NCBI RefSeq assembly: GCF_006345805.1
Contig: NC_043005.1
Coordinates: 27,156,001 to 27,220,000 of the forward strand
Reading direction: 5' to 3'
Length of the DNA: 64,000 nucleotides
From: Octopus sinensis
Lineage: Eukaryota
A program made the position numbers and the translations under genes. Below, piece by piece: positions 11,490-22,765 of this stretch. Under the pieces are notes generated by a model. The model was not told the origin of the DNA and did no database searches. It worked only from the letters and a program-made list of their open reading frames with translations. Every line of letters starts with the position of its first letter. Positions within the stretch are counted from its first letter, which is position 1.

Positions 11490-12608
11490 CATCACTAATC
11501 TATTGCTTCAGTGACTCTCCCTTGTACCACCGCTAACCTACCAATTCCAGTGACTCTCCGTTGTACCATCGCTAACCTACTATTTCCACTAATTCTCCCT
11601 TCTACCATTGCTAACCTAGCAAATCCAGTGATTCTCCCTTCTACCATCACTAACCTATCAATTCTAATGGCTGTCCCTTATACCACTCGCTAACCTACCA
11701 ATTCCAATGGCTGTCCCTTATACCACTCGCTAACCTACCAATTCCAATGGCTGTCCCTTATAACACTCACTAATCTACCAATTCTAGTGACTCAACCTTG
11801 TACCATCACTAATCTATCGATTCCAGTGACTCTCCCTTGTACCATCATTAAACTTTCAATTCCAGTGATTCCATTCTACCATCACTAACCTATCAATTCC
11901 AGCGACTCTCCTTTATACCATCACTAACTTACCAATTCCAGTGACTCTTTCTTGTACCATTGCTAATCTACCCATTCCAGTGACTACTTTGTACCATCGC
12001 TAACCTACCAATTCTAGTGACTCTCCTTGTACCATCACTAATCTACCTCTTCCAGTGACTCTCCCTTATACTAGCACTAACCTATCAATTACAGTGACTC
12101 TTCCTCATACCATCGCTAATGTACCAATTCCAGTGACTCTCCCTTGCACCATTGCTAATGTACCAATTCCAGTAACTCTCCCTTGTACCCTCACTAATCT
12201 ACCCATTCTAGTGACTGCCTTGTAACATTGCTACCCTACCAATTCCAGTGACTCTCCCTTATACCATTGCTGAACTACCAACTCCAATGACTCTCCCTTG
12301 TACCATCGTTCACCAACCAATTCCAGTGACTTTTCCTTGTACCATTGCTGACCTACAAATTCCAGTGACTCTCAGTTGTACTATTGCTAATCTACCAATT
12401 CCAGTGACTCTCCCTTGTACCATTGCTAATCTACCAACTCCAATGACTCTCCCTTGTACCATCGCTCACTAACTAATTCCAGTGACTCCCCTTGTACCAT
12501 CGTTAATATACCAATTCCAGTGACTCTCCCTTCTACCATCACCAATCTACCAATTCCATTGACTCTCCCTATATATCATTACTAATGTACTGATTCTACT
12601 GACTGTTC
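11490..12608. repeat. 39-bp minisatellite, ~28 copies
   Basis: Unit ~CCAATTCCAGTGACTCTCCCTTGTACCATCRCTAAYCTA. The 13-aa periodicity is visible in the ORF track (PIPVTLPCTIANL). Confidence 0.93.
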
Positions 12609-12655
12609 TTTTGACTGTGTTAGAATGATGCATAATTTCTCTTCTCCATTTGCAG

Positions 12656-12806
12656 TTCTCCAGATTTGATGAAGAAATTACTCAGTGGCCCTCAGTGTAT
12701 TTATTGTGGTTTCGATCCAACTGCCAGTAGTCTTCATGTTGGTAACCTTTTGGCTATCATAGCACTGTTACACAGTCAAAGAGTTGGACACCAACCGATT
12801 GCTGTG
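12656..12806 (+). CDS. YARS2: YARS2 exon 3, HIGH motif ([39 protein letters not shown])
   Basis: ttgcag acceptor and gtgggt donor. GFDPTA.SLHVGN is the class I TyrRS signature. Phases 2/0 are consistent with neighbouring exons. Confidence 0.97.
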
Positions 12807-13198
12807 GTGGGTCTTTAATGTATTCTCCTTCTATTTGTTTGTGCATACGTGTGTGTATATTTTCATGTGTGCATGTATGTGTATGTATCTGGATATGTGT
12901 GAATCTGTATGTATGTTTGTTTGTGTGTGTGTGTGCATGTGTGTGTGAGTGTATGAGTTTGTGTATATGTCTGTATGTGTGATTGGATGTGTGGTGTGAG
13001 AGTGAGTATCCCATTCCTCTATTTGTGAGTGTTGGTATATTCTTTTTCATGTTATAACAGATTGTTATAATCAATCTTGTCTCTTGGCTGTTGACCTGTA
13101 TGTGTGTGTGTGTGTGTATGTGTTTGTACACTTGCAGACATAGATGTGCAACTTCCAGTATGTTTGCTCTTCTATTCCTCATTGTCTACACACACATA

Positions 13199-13672
13199 CG
13201 AGGGTGAGTCAAAAAGTAATGCCATTTTGTTTAGGACAGGTATAATTACCAACACAGGAACATGTATCATACATCAAAATGAAGCTGGTCCTCTGTGGAT
13301 CACATCCATACTTCTCAACATAGTTACTGTTTCTCTCAATAGCAATGCTCCACCTTCGAATGAGAGCATGTAAAGTTCTGCCCTGTAAAATTCTGTTGAC
13401 TGTTCTTTGATCCACTTCTTCACTGCAGTTTTCACTTCCTCGTCACTGGAATAATGTTTGACTCTCAAACCCTCTTTCATGGGGCCGAAGAGATGATAGT
13501 CTGAAGGCACTAAATCTGGTGAGTGTGGAGGTAGTAAAGAAGTAGCTCAAAGAACAGTCAACAGAATGTGATCGACAGAGGACCAGCTTCATTTTGATGT
13601 ATGATACATGTTCCTGTGTTGGTAATTATACCTGTCCTAAACAAAATGGCATTACTTTTTGATTCACCCTCG
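13199..13672 (-). mobile_element. Non-autonomous mariner derivative with ~97-bp inverted ends
   Basis: TA|CGAGGGTGAGTCAAAAAGTAATGCC ... GGCATTACTTTTTGATTCACCCTCG|TA. Contains a transposase C-terminal fragment PSDYHLFGPMKEGL...VKKWIKEQSTEFY. Confidence 0.92.
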
Positions 13673-14083
13673 TATTATCCACTTTATCCATTGTTTTGAA
13701 CTGTATATGTACAATATATTTTTAATGCACTTTACAACTCTGACATTATGATATACACACACATATACTCTGCCCTATGGATTGAATTCTATGTCAAGTA
13801 ATGTTTGCATTACATATATATTTTTATATACTTTGCAACTTTTACAGTACACACACACATACGTGTGTGTGTATATCTAACACTCTTGATGCTCTATTCT
13901 CCACTTTACTCTCTCTCCACTCTCACTTACCTTCAGAGAGTCTGAATAGAGGATCTTTATCGCAGACCCTCTATTCAGATCACAACCATTTTTGCCTAAC
14001 CGTTCCCCTTCATCTACCAGTCTTCATTCTGTCACCTTGTACAGGGTACCCGCATGTCAACTGTAGTTTTTGTTGTTCTTCAG

Positions 14084-14262
14084 GTGGGTGGCTGCACGGC
14101 CAAGATAGGTGACCCCAGTGGTAGAAAGACAGACCGAGTGCCAATGGACAATGAGTTGATTGAAGAAAACAGTTCCAGTATCAAAGAGAGCTTACAAAGA
14201 ATATTTGATAATCATCGTGACTTTCTGTGGAAACAGCCCAATAAAGAACTACCGGAACCTCT
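14084..14262 (+). CDS. YARS2: YARS2 exon 4 (VGGCTAKIGDPSGRKTDR...KELPEP)
   Basis: cttcag acceptor and gtgagt donor. GG.TA.IGDPSG is a conserved TyrRS motif. Confidence 0.97.
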
Positions 14263-15191
14263 GTGAGTTGAACTTAGAAACTTGATTACTTTGTGTTGGC
14301 GTAGTTCATCATCATTATCATCATCATATGTCTGTCTTCCTTGCTGGCATAGGTTGGACAGTTTGACCAGAGCTGGCAAGCCCAAGGTCTGCCTTGGCAT
14401 GGTTTCTATGGCTGGATGCCCTTCCTAACACCAACCACTTTACAGAGTGTTCAGGATGCGTTTTCATGAGGCACCAGCACCGTTGAGGTAATCACATAAC
14501 TTGCAAAACAAAGGCTCCTCAACTGAGACAGGGTGTGGCTTTGTGCCAAACAATGAGAGATTAAACAGTGGTTAGGGCAGTGGACTCGCAGTTGTAAGAT
14601 CGCGGTTTCGATTCCCAGACCGGATGTTGTGAATGTTTATTGAGTGAAAATGCCTAACGCACCACGAGGCTCCGGCAGGGGGTGGTGGCGATCCCTGTTG
14701 TACTCTTTCACCACAACATTCTCTCACTCTTTCTTCTGTTGGCCTGCTTGCTTAGCCAGTGGGGTGGTGCCATTTGAAGGCTAAAACAATGTGAAGTGCA
14801 TTGTGACCAGCGATGTGTAGCAACATCTGATAGCCTGGTTGGTCACATGATCACATGATCATCATTGTGGAGTTTATTGAAGCAGATTTTCTATGGTCAA
14901 GACACCTTTCCTGTCACCAATCCTTACCTGTTTCCAAGCAAGGAAATAGTTGAGCCACAGCCAGAGATGTTCTTGTAGAATATTGGAAATCAATGACACT
15001 GCTTGTATAACAGTGACACTCATTTACAACTATAACACAATGTCAAGGCAAGGAGACACACACATACACGCACACACACACGTATATTGTTAATAATGTG
15101 TATGACTATTTTATCGTTTTCATATCTTTGTCATAATGTTGTATATTTCTTGGAAAACATAATGAATTTCCAAATGTGATTTCTTCTACAG

Positions 15192-15293
15192 AATCCTTAA
15201 CAATGAAGAATGGTACGCAAATCTCAATGTTATTGATTTTCTTGCGAAATATGGCCGATCTTTCCGACTAGCTGATATGCTGTCGAAACACAG
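15192..15293 (+). CDS. YARS2: YARS2 exon 5 (ILNNEEWYANLNVIDFLAKYGRSFRLADMLSKH)
   Basis: ttctacag acceptor and gtaaat donor. NN..WY...DFL...G..FR...ML is conserved. Confidence 0.95.
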
Positions 15294-16049
15294 GTAAATA
15301 TTAGTCATTTTATATATATGGGGGTGTGTGTATGTGTGTGTCTCAATTAATTCCACCAACCCTTCATAATTCTTTGTTAACTTTTGTAATATTTCGCTTT
15401 CCTCTCTTGTCATATCACATTATCTTATATTACAAGCAATATCTCACTCAGTATATATATATATATATATATATATGATGTTTGTTTGGTGTTGTTTGGT
15501 TGGGAGCTGACTCTTCTCCATCAGGTGATACCCGTCTGTTAAGATTGAGGGCATCACCATCATTGGATGCCCTTGAAGGTGCAACGTGATCAGAGACAGG
15601 ACTCGGCAAAGCAGGGACTGGACCTACATCCACAGGTATACCATTAAGTCTGGTTCCCTGGGGAAGAGGAACCCTGGTGCAGTTAATTGTAAATTCCATA
15701 GTCTTTTCAAATGGCTAATAATGTGTGCGCGCGCCGCTACTACACACATTGGAAAGCATTGTACAACCAAGCACTAAAGAAGATCTTTCCTCTTCCATGA
15801 AACAAAGCTGTTCCCGCTGGACGTCAACCCAGTATTTCTAAGCTACGGAACGAGTGATTTATTGTAAGGTTATCTCCCTAGACAGATTGCCTTCACTATG
15901 GCTAAGGAGCCCTTTCTACCCCATGCTATGATGGACTGTGAAGTCTGGCGTAGCATAGTAAATTCCATTGTCTTGACCACGGTCGAACAATGATGATGAT
16001 ATATATGTACGTGTGTATGTGTGTATATATATATATGTATATATATATA

Positions 16050-16890
16050 TCATCATTATCATCGTTTAACGTCCGTTCTCCATGCTAGCATGGGTTGGAC
16101 GGTTCGACCGGGGATCTGAGAAGCCAGAAGGCTGCACCAGGGTCCAGTCTTATCTGGCAATGTTTCTACAGCTGGATGCCCTTCCTAACGCCAACCACTC
16201 CGTGAGTGTAGTGGGTGCTTTTTACGTGCCACCTGCACAGGTGCCAGGCGAGGCTGGCAACGGCCACGGTCGGATTGGTGTATTTTACGTGCCACCGGCA
16301 CGGAAGCCAGTCGAAACGGCACTGGCATCGGCCACGAGTCGGATAGTGCTTTTTACGTACCACCAGACCAGGGATCCTGGCTGGTTCAATTCGATTTTGA
16401 TTTCGCTTGCCCCAACATGTCTTCGCATATCATCATCATCATCATCATCGTTTAACGTCCGCTTTCCATGCTAGCATGGGTTGGACGGTTCAACTGGGGT
16501 CTGGCAAGCCCGAAGGCTGCACCAGGCCAGTCAGATCTGGCAGTGTTTCTACAGCTGGATGCCCTTCCTAACGCCAACCACTCCGAGAGTGTAGTGGGTG
16601 ATTTTATGTGCCACCGACACAGGTGCCAGACGAGGCTGGCAGACGGCCACGCTCGGATGGTGTTTTTTTTTTATGTGCCACCGACACAGGTGCCAGACGA
16701 GGCTGGCTGACGGCCACGCTCGGATGGTGTTTTCTTATGTGTCACCGACACAGGTGCCAGACGGGGCTGGCGGACGGCCACGCTCGGATGGTGTTTGTTA
16801 TGTGCCCTCAGCACGGAGGCCAGTCGTTGCGGTACTGGCTACGATCACGTTCGGATGGTTTTCTTATGTGCCACCGGCACTGGTACCACA
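16050..16890 (-). mobile_element. Two adjacent RTE-type 3' ends with internal VNTR
   Basis: (ATC)n tails at ~16050-16065 and 16428-16450, followed by the same CGTTTAACGTCCG...CCATGCTAGCATGGGTTGGACGG sequence and ~57-bp repeats. Confidence 0.75.
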
Positions 16891-17073
16891 AGGATACAAA
16901 TTCCATATATATACAAATATATACAAATTCCATATATATATATATATATATATATATCAATAATTAAATATATTCTGTTAGAATATTATACATTGAATTT
17001 ATAATGAGTGCTCTTTGTATAAAATGTCAAAAATATTAATACTATACAGTATTTAGACATTAATACGAGCGAT

Positions 17074-17272
17074 TATATATACTGTATTTTGAAATAATAG
17101 CATGAAATTCAATATAAAAAAAATCCTCATGAAGATATATATGTCTCAAATAGTATTGCATAAAAAAAAAGATATATTTTTAATATAATATTATTTTAGA
17201 CATATATATCTTCATGAGGATTTTTTTTTTATATTGAATTTCATACTATTATTTCAAAATACAGTATATATA
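17074..17272. repeat. AT-rich inverted repeat, ~72-bp arms
   Basis: 17074-17146 vs 17200-17272 (TACTGTATTTTGAAATAATAGCATGAAATTCAATAT...GAAGATATATATGTCT and its reverse complement). Confidence 0.85.
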
Positions 17273-18112
17273 TATATATTACAGATTGGTCAACATATAA
17301 TTTTTTAAATGTCAAATATTTCCCTGATGATATTTTGCTCGTAACCTGTAAATGCAGATTTATTGCACAAATTTGTAATTTATTGAATGAGTACAAATTG
17401 AAACAATTGTAGAAATGAATGATTATCATTTTATTAATAAATAATTATTAAGCTTCAACTCTCCATTTTCTTCTCTTAATTGAATATGGATTATATATAC
17501 TTAGCGGTTCGGCAAAAGAGACCGATAGAATAAGTACTGGGCTTACAAAGAATAAGTTCCGGGGTCGATTTGTTCGACTAAAGGCGGTGCTCCAGCATGG
17601 CCGCAGTCAAATGACTGAAACAAGTAAAAGAGTAAAAGAGTATATATATATATCGTGGCACTCTGTCGATTACGACGAGGGTTCCAGCTGATCTGATGAA
17701 TTGAACAGCCTGCTCGTGAAATTAATGTGCAAGTGGCTGAGCACTCCGCAGACATGTGTACCCTTAACGTAGTTCTCAGGGAGATTCAGCATGACACAGA
17801 GTGTGGCAAGGCTGACTCCTTCTTTGAAATACAGGTACAACAGAAACAGGAAGAAAGAGTGCAAGAAAGTTGTGGTGAAAGGCTTTGATTGGACTAAGTC
17901 TACAGTGGAAGACTCTTGCCCAAAGTGCTACAGATTGGGTTTGGAAGCAAACTTTTCATCCATACTGCCATCTCTCTTATTTTACAAATCTCATACATAC
18001 ATACATACATATATGTATATGTCTGTGTGTGTACATACATGTGTAGACACACATGCACTCTCATTCACACACACACGCACATAATAGAACTTGGTATTAA
18101 TTTTCCTTCCAG

Positions 18113-18227
18113 TGTGAAGAGTCGTTTGTCAAGTCCTGAAGGAATGAATTTTACAGAGTTTACTTACCAAATGTTCCAGTCTTTTGATTGGTTAACTTTA
18201 CACAAACATTACAATTGTTCCATTCAG
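18113..18227 (+). CDS. YARS2: YARS2 exon 6 (VKSRLSSPEGMNFTEFTYQMFQSFDWLTLHKHYNCSIQ)
   Basis: ttccttccag acceptor and gtaatc donor. G....EF.YQ..Q..D is the tyrosine-binding motif. Confidence 0.97.
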
Positions 18228-19021
18228 GTAATCCTATATTATTATTATTATCATCATCACCATCATCATCATTATTATTATTAAGGCAAGTGGTCTGGCA
18301 GAATTGTTAGTACACTGGACGAAATGCTTGGCAGTATTTCACCCATTGCTACCTGAAACAGAAAAAAAAAATGGCATTTTATGAACTTCATAGAAATACA
18401 AAATTTTTTTATGCATCTTTATATGTTTATTTTTTATTAACCTTTGAAATCGAGGAAACTTTTCTACTGCACCCTGAATATACATACTCTCTTTTTTTTA
18501 CTCTTTTACTTGTTTCAGTCATTTGACTGCGGCCATGCTGGAGCACCGCCTTTAGTCGAGCAAATCGACCCCAGGACTCATTCTTTGTAAGCCCAGTACT
18601 TATTCTTTCGGTCTCTTTTGCCGAACCGCTAAGTGACGGAGATGTAAACACACTAGCATCGGTTGTCAAGCAATGCTAGGGGGACAAACACAGACACACA
18701 AACACATATATATATATATATATACATATACGACAGGCTTCTTTCAGTTTCCGTCTACCAAATCCACTCACAAGGCTTTGGTTGGCCCGGGGCTATAGCA
18801 GAAGACACTTGCCCAAGATGCCACGCAGTGGGACTGAACCCGCACCCATGTGGTTGGTTAGCAAGCTACTTACCACACAGCCACTCCTCCATACATACAT
18901 ACACGTATACATCTTTTGTAGTTTTCTTAACTCATTATTGTCTTCCATGCCTAATTATGTTAACGAGTTCAGTTGCAGAGTAATCAACTGAATCGTTCTA
19001 GAATGTTTTCTTCTGTTACAG

Positions 19022-19099
19022 ATTGGTGGCAACGACCAACTTGGTAATATAGTTGCTGGTTATGAATTTATTAGTCAAATGACTGACGAGAAAGTATTG
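19022..19099 (+). CDS. YARS2: YARS2 exon 7 (IGGNDQLGNIVAGYEFISQMTDEKVL)
   Basis: ttacag acceptor and gtgagt donor at 19100. GG.DQ.GNI motif. As written the exon ends in phase 0 (see finding). Confidence 0.93.
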
Positions 19100-19761
19100 G
19101 TGAGTTGTTGTCACACACTTTCTGTTGTTTTTGTTGTAATTATGAGGTAACGAACGAGTAGAATCGTTAAAGCTCGTCAGACAAACTGTTTGATGACGTT
19201 TCTTCCAGGTTTTTACATTCTGAGTTCAAATTCTGCCAAGGTTAACTTTGCCTTTCGTCTCTTTGAGGTCAATAAAATACAGTACCTGTAACATGGGGTA
19301 CGGGGCGGAGGGAGGAGGGGGTCGATACACTTGACTTGAAATAGATACTCTACTTGAAATAGATACCTTTAAACCCTGCAACAGATGGCGTCCCATTCAG
19401 GAGAAGGAATAGTGTTGTGATTTTGGTTACTTATATGTCATGGGTCCTAGGGGTTGAGAATTAAAAAAATCTAAAAGTTGCTGTTATCGCTGTGATGGCA
19501 TGTGGCTAAATGGTTACGGCATTCAGCTCGCAATTATAAGGTTGAGAGTTCAATTCCCAACGGCGAATTGTGTCCTTGAGTAAGGTACTTCATTTCCGCT
19601 GCCCCAGTCCGCTCATTTTTGCCAACTGATTTGGTTGAGTTGAGCCAACTCAACTAATTCTCTCCCCTGCTAAACGCGAGTTCCATGCTGCTCTTTTACA
19701 AGGCACTGCTCTTTCCCATACCCCTGCATTCTCTCATACACTAACCTCTCCTTCTCCTCCT

Positions 19762-20520
19762 CATCATCATCGTCGTTTAACGTCCACTTTCCATGTTGGC
19801 ATGGGTTGGATGGTTTGACTGAGGATTGGCAAGCCAGGAGGCTGCACCAGGCTCCAGTCTGATCTGGCAAAATTTCTACAGCTGGATGCCCTTCCTAACT
19901 CCGACATGAGGACCAGTCCGGCGGTCCTGGCAATGACCACGCTCAAAAGGTGTTTTTTATGTGCCACCTGCACAGGAGTCAGTCTGGAGGCACTGGCAAC
20001 GACCATGCTTGAATGTTGTTTTTCACGTGCTGGTGGCACGTGAAATGTGCCAATTAGGCAATGCTGGCAACAATCACGCTCAAATGGTGCTTTTTACATG
20101 CCACCAGCATGCGAGCCAATCCATGGCCCTGGCAATGATCATACTCAGATGGTACTTTTAATGTTCCACTGGCATAGGACACGGGTTATGGTCTCACTCT
20201 GCTTGTCAGGTCTTCTGAAGCACAGCATATCTCCAAAGGTCTCGGTCACTAGTGTCATTGCCTCAGTAAGGCCTAATTTTCGAAGGTTGTGCTTCTCCAC
20301 CTCATCCCACGTCTTCCTGGGTCTACCTCTTCCACAGGTTCCCTCCACTGTTAGGGTGTGACACTTTTTCACACAGCTGTCCTCATTCATTCGCAACACA
20401 TGACCATACCAGCACAGTCATCTCTCTTGCACATCACATCTGATGCTTCTTAAATCCAACTTTTCTCTCAGGGCATTTACACTCTGTCGTGTATGCACAA
20501 CCAACCCCAATTTTCTTATG
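19762..20520 (-). mobile_element. RTE LINE 3' fragment (ORF2 C-terminus + 3'UTR)
   Basis: Minus-strand peptide VLRMNEDSCVKKCHTLTVEGTCGRGRPRKTWDEV (G.RGRP..W typical of RTE), followed by VNTR, conserved 3' block and (TGA)n tail. Confidence 0.8.
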
Positions 20521-20964
20521 GAGTTTGTTATCTTTCAAGCTGCATGGCAGCCTCAATAGTGCTGGTGGCATGAAAAGAGCATCCAGTCCATGCTGTGAAG
20601 TGGTTGGCATTAGGAAGGGCATCCAGCTGTAGAAACCATGTCAGAGCAGTGAACTAGAGTACGGTGTAGTTTGTGGACCCATTGGATCCTGTCAAAACTG
20701 TGCAACCAATGCTAGCATGAAACATATGCATTAAATGATGTTGAGGATAATGATACACACACACACACATACAAATTATAGCTATTATTACAATACAATA
20801 GTATTATTTTCCAGCATTAAGCACCGTAAAAGTTGAATTATAAATACGGTATTAACTTATAAACCTTTTATATACTTGGTAATATCTTATGCTTACAAAA
20901 TGAAATATTGTGTCCTTGTTAGTCATTAATTAATATATGTCTTGGTATAAAATGTTTATTGCAA

Positions 20965-21075
20965 GGTCTCACCATACCACTGCTAACCACAACTACTGGA
21001 GATAAACTGGGAAAATCTGCTGGGAACACAGTTTGGTTGAATGCTGATAAAACCTCACCTTTTGATCTTTATCAG
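20965..21075 (+). CDS. YARS2: YARS2 exon 8, KMSKS-like motif ([37 protein letters not shown])
   Basis: G.KLGKS.GN.VWL...KTSPF..YQ signature and gtgagc donor. The 5' boundary is ambiguous (20923, 20965 or 20966). Confidence 0.93.
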
Positions 21076-21568
21076 GTGAGCTCTACACTTTGTTAATGTT
21101 GTTGTTATTGTAATGTCGTTGCTGTTAAGTAATGCTGATCACGTGGTGTTTATTACATAAGGATGATGTATTAGGTTGTTCCGAAATTAATGGCCGATTT
21201 CAGAAACATAATTTTATTCTGGAAAAATTAACAATAGAAATGTTTTGATTAGTCAGAGTATGAGCCGTGAACATCTACGCTCCTCTGCCATTGATCAATG
21301 AGATTATTTACGCCTCGTTGATAAAACCTCACCTTTTGATCTTTATCAGGTGAGCCATACATTTTGCTAATGTTGTTGTTATTGTAATGTCGTTGCTGTT
21401 AAGTAATGCTGATCACGTGATGTTTATTACATAAAGATGACATATTATAAATTATGTTGAATAATGTCAATCATATTTTATCAAGTAAAATCATGGGACA
21501 TTAGTAGAGGGGTTTATGTTATGTTGTTTTGTTGTTTAATATTACATTATGTTTTGTTTATTTTTCAG

Positions 21569-21667
21569 TATTTTTTGAACCAACCTGATGCAGATGTTGA
21601 AAGATTGTTAAAACTTTACACATTTCTCAGTAATGAACATATTGAAAACATCATGGAAGAACAACGA
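21569..21667 (+). CDS. YARS2: YARS2 exon 9 (YFLNQPDADVERLLKLYTFLSNEHIENIMEEQR)
   Basis: tttttcag acceptor, gtgagt donor, 99 nt, phases 0/0. D.DVER.LKL.TFL motif. Confidence 0.95.
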
Positions 21668-21863
21668 GTGAGTGTTGTTCTCTTTGTTTATGTATTTCTG
21701 TGGTTGTTAAACCCTTGGTTACCTTCTGATCAAGCAGGCCTATGATCAGAAATGCACAAGCCACAATTTAAAGAAATAAAGGTATAATTTGAAGGAGACT
21801 TAACTACTATTTCTAGCAGATCAACTGATCGTTTAAATCAGAGAAGAACTGAAAGTGTTTTAA

Positions 21864-22084
21864 CCCTTTAGTGTTCACATTATTCTGCTAAAATTAATGT
21901 TTTTTCATCCACACTGTTTTGAACTAATCATGCATTATCTTGTAGCTATGAGATTTTGATGGGGTAGCTGTTAATTTTTAAAATGATATTGTAGGGTTGG
22001 TGTGAGAGACCAGATCTGGCCAGTTTGACTATAAAACAGGCTGAATACTTTTGGCCGGATATGGCCGATTTAAATGCTAAAGGG
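21864..22084. mobile_element. piggyBac-type MITE
   Basis: TTAA|CCCTTTAG ... CTAAAGGG|TTAA. Confidence 0.75.
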
Positions 22085-22303
22085 TTAAAAGCTGTTGCGG
22101 AGATGCATCTTGAATAACAAAAATAACAAACCTTTAGTTTTATTAACCAAAACCTTGTGAATGGATTTGATTGATGGAAAGTGTATACCAAATTATTAGT
22201 TTTCAGTTGCTACTTGTGGACTGTGTTATAAAGTGTCATCTAAGAGACCTGGGTTCAATTTCTGTCAAGTACTCTGTACATAGATTAGTGGTCAATATGT
22301 TAA

Positions 22304-22765
22304 CCCTTTCATTACTGTATTTATTTTGAGATGCTCTGTGTTCTTTTCAATTACTTTAAATATAATAAAGAATTCAGTAAAATAATTTAGTTATCATTTA
22401 GATAGTGTTAGGAACATAAATTGTGACTAAGGTTTGGTGAAAGATTTTAATACGGAACTTTTGAAAACAAGACATTTGTACTCAGAGCCAGAGCCATTTT
22501 CAGCCAGGTTGGTATCAAAAGGGTTAAGAATTGTTTCTCTGTTATATATTTTAAGAATTGGGTCTCTATTATGTATTTTAACCCTTTTGTTACAGTATTT
22601 CTGTTGAGATGCTCTGTGTTTCTTTCAATTAGTTGTCACTAAGCTGGTGTTAGGAACATAAATTGTGACTAAGGTTTGTGGAAGATTTTAATTCAAGACT
22701 TATTGAAACAAGATATTTATACTACAGAGCCAGAAGTGGTTTCAGCCATGTTAGTATCGGAAGGG
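22304..22765. mobile_element. Two related piggyBac-type MITEs (22304-22523, 22582-22765)
   Basis: Each is TTAA|CCCTTT ... AAGGG|TTAA with a shared body (GAGATGCTCTGTGTT; AGGAACATAAATTGTGACTAAGGTTTG). Confidence 0.75.
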
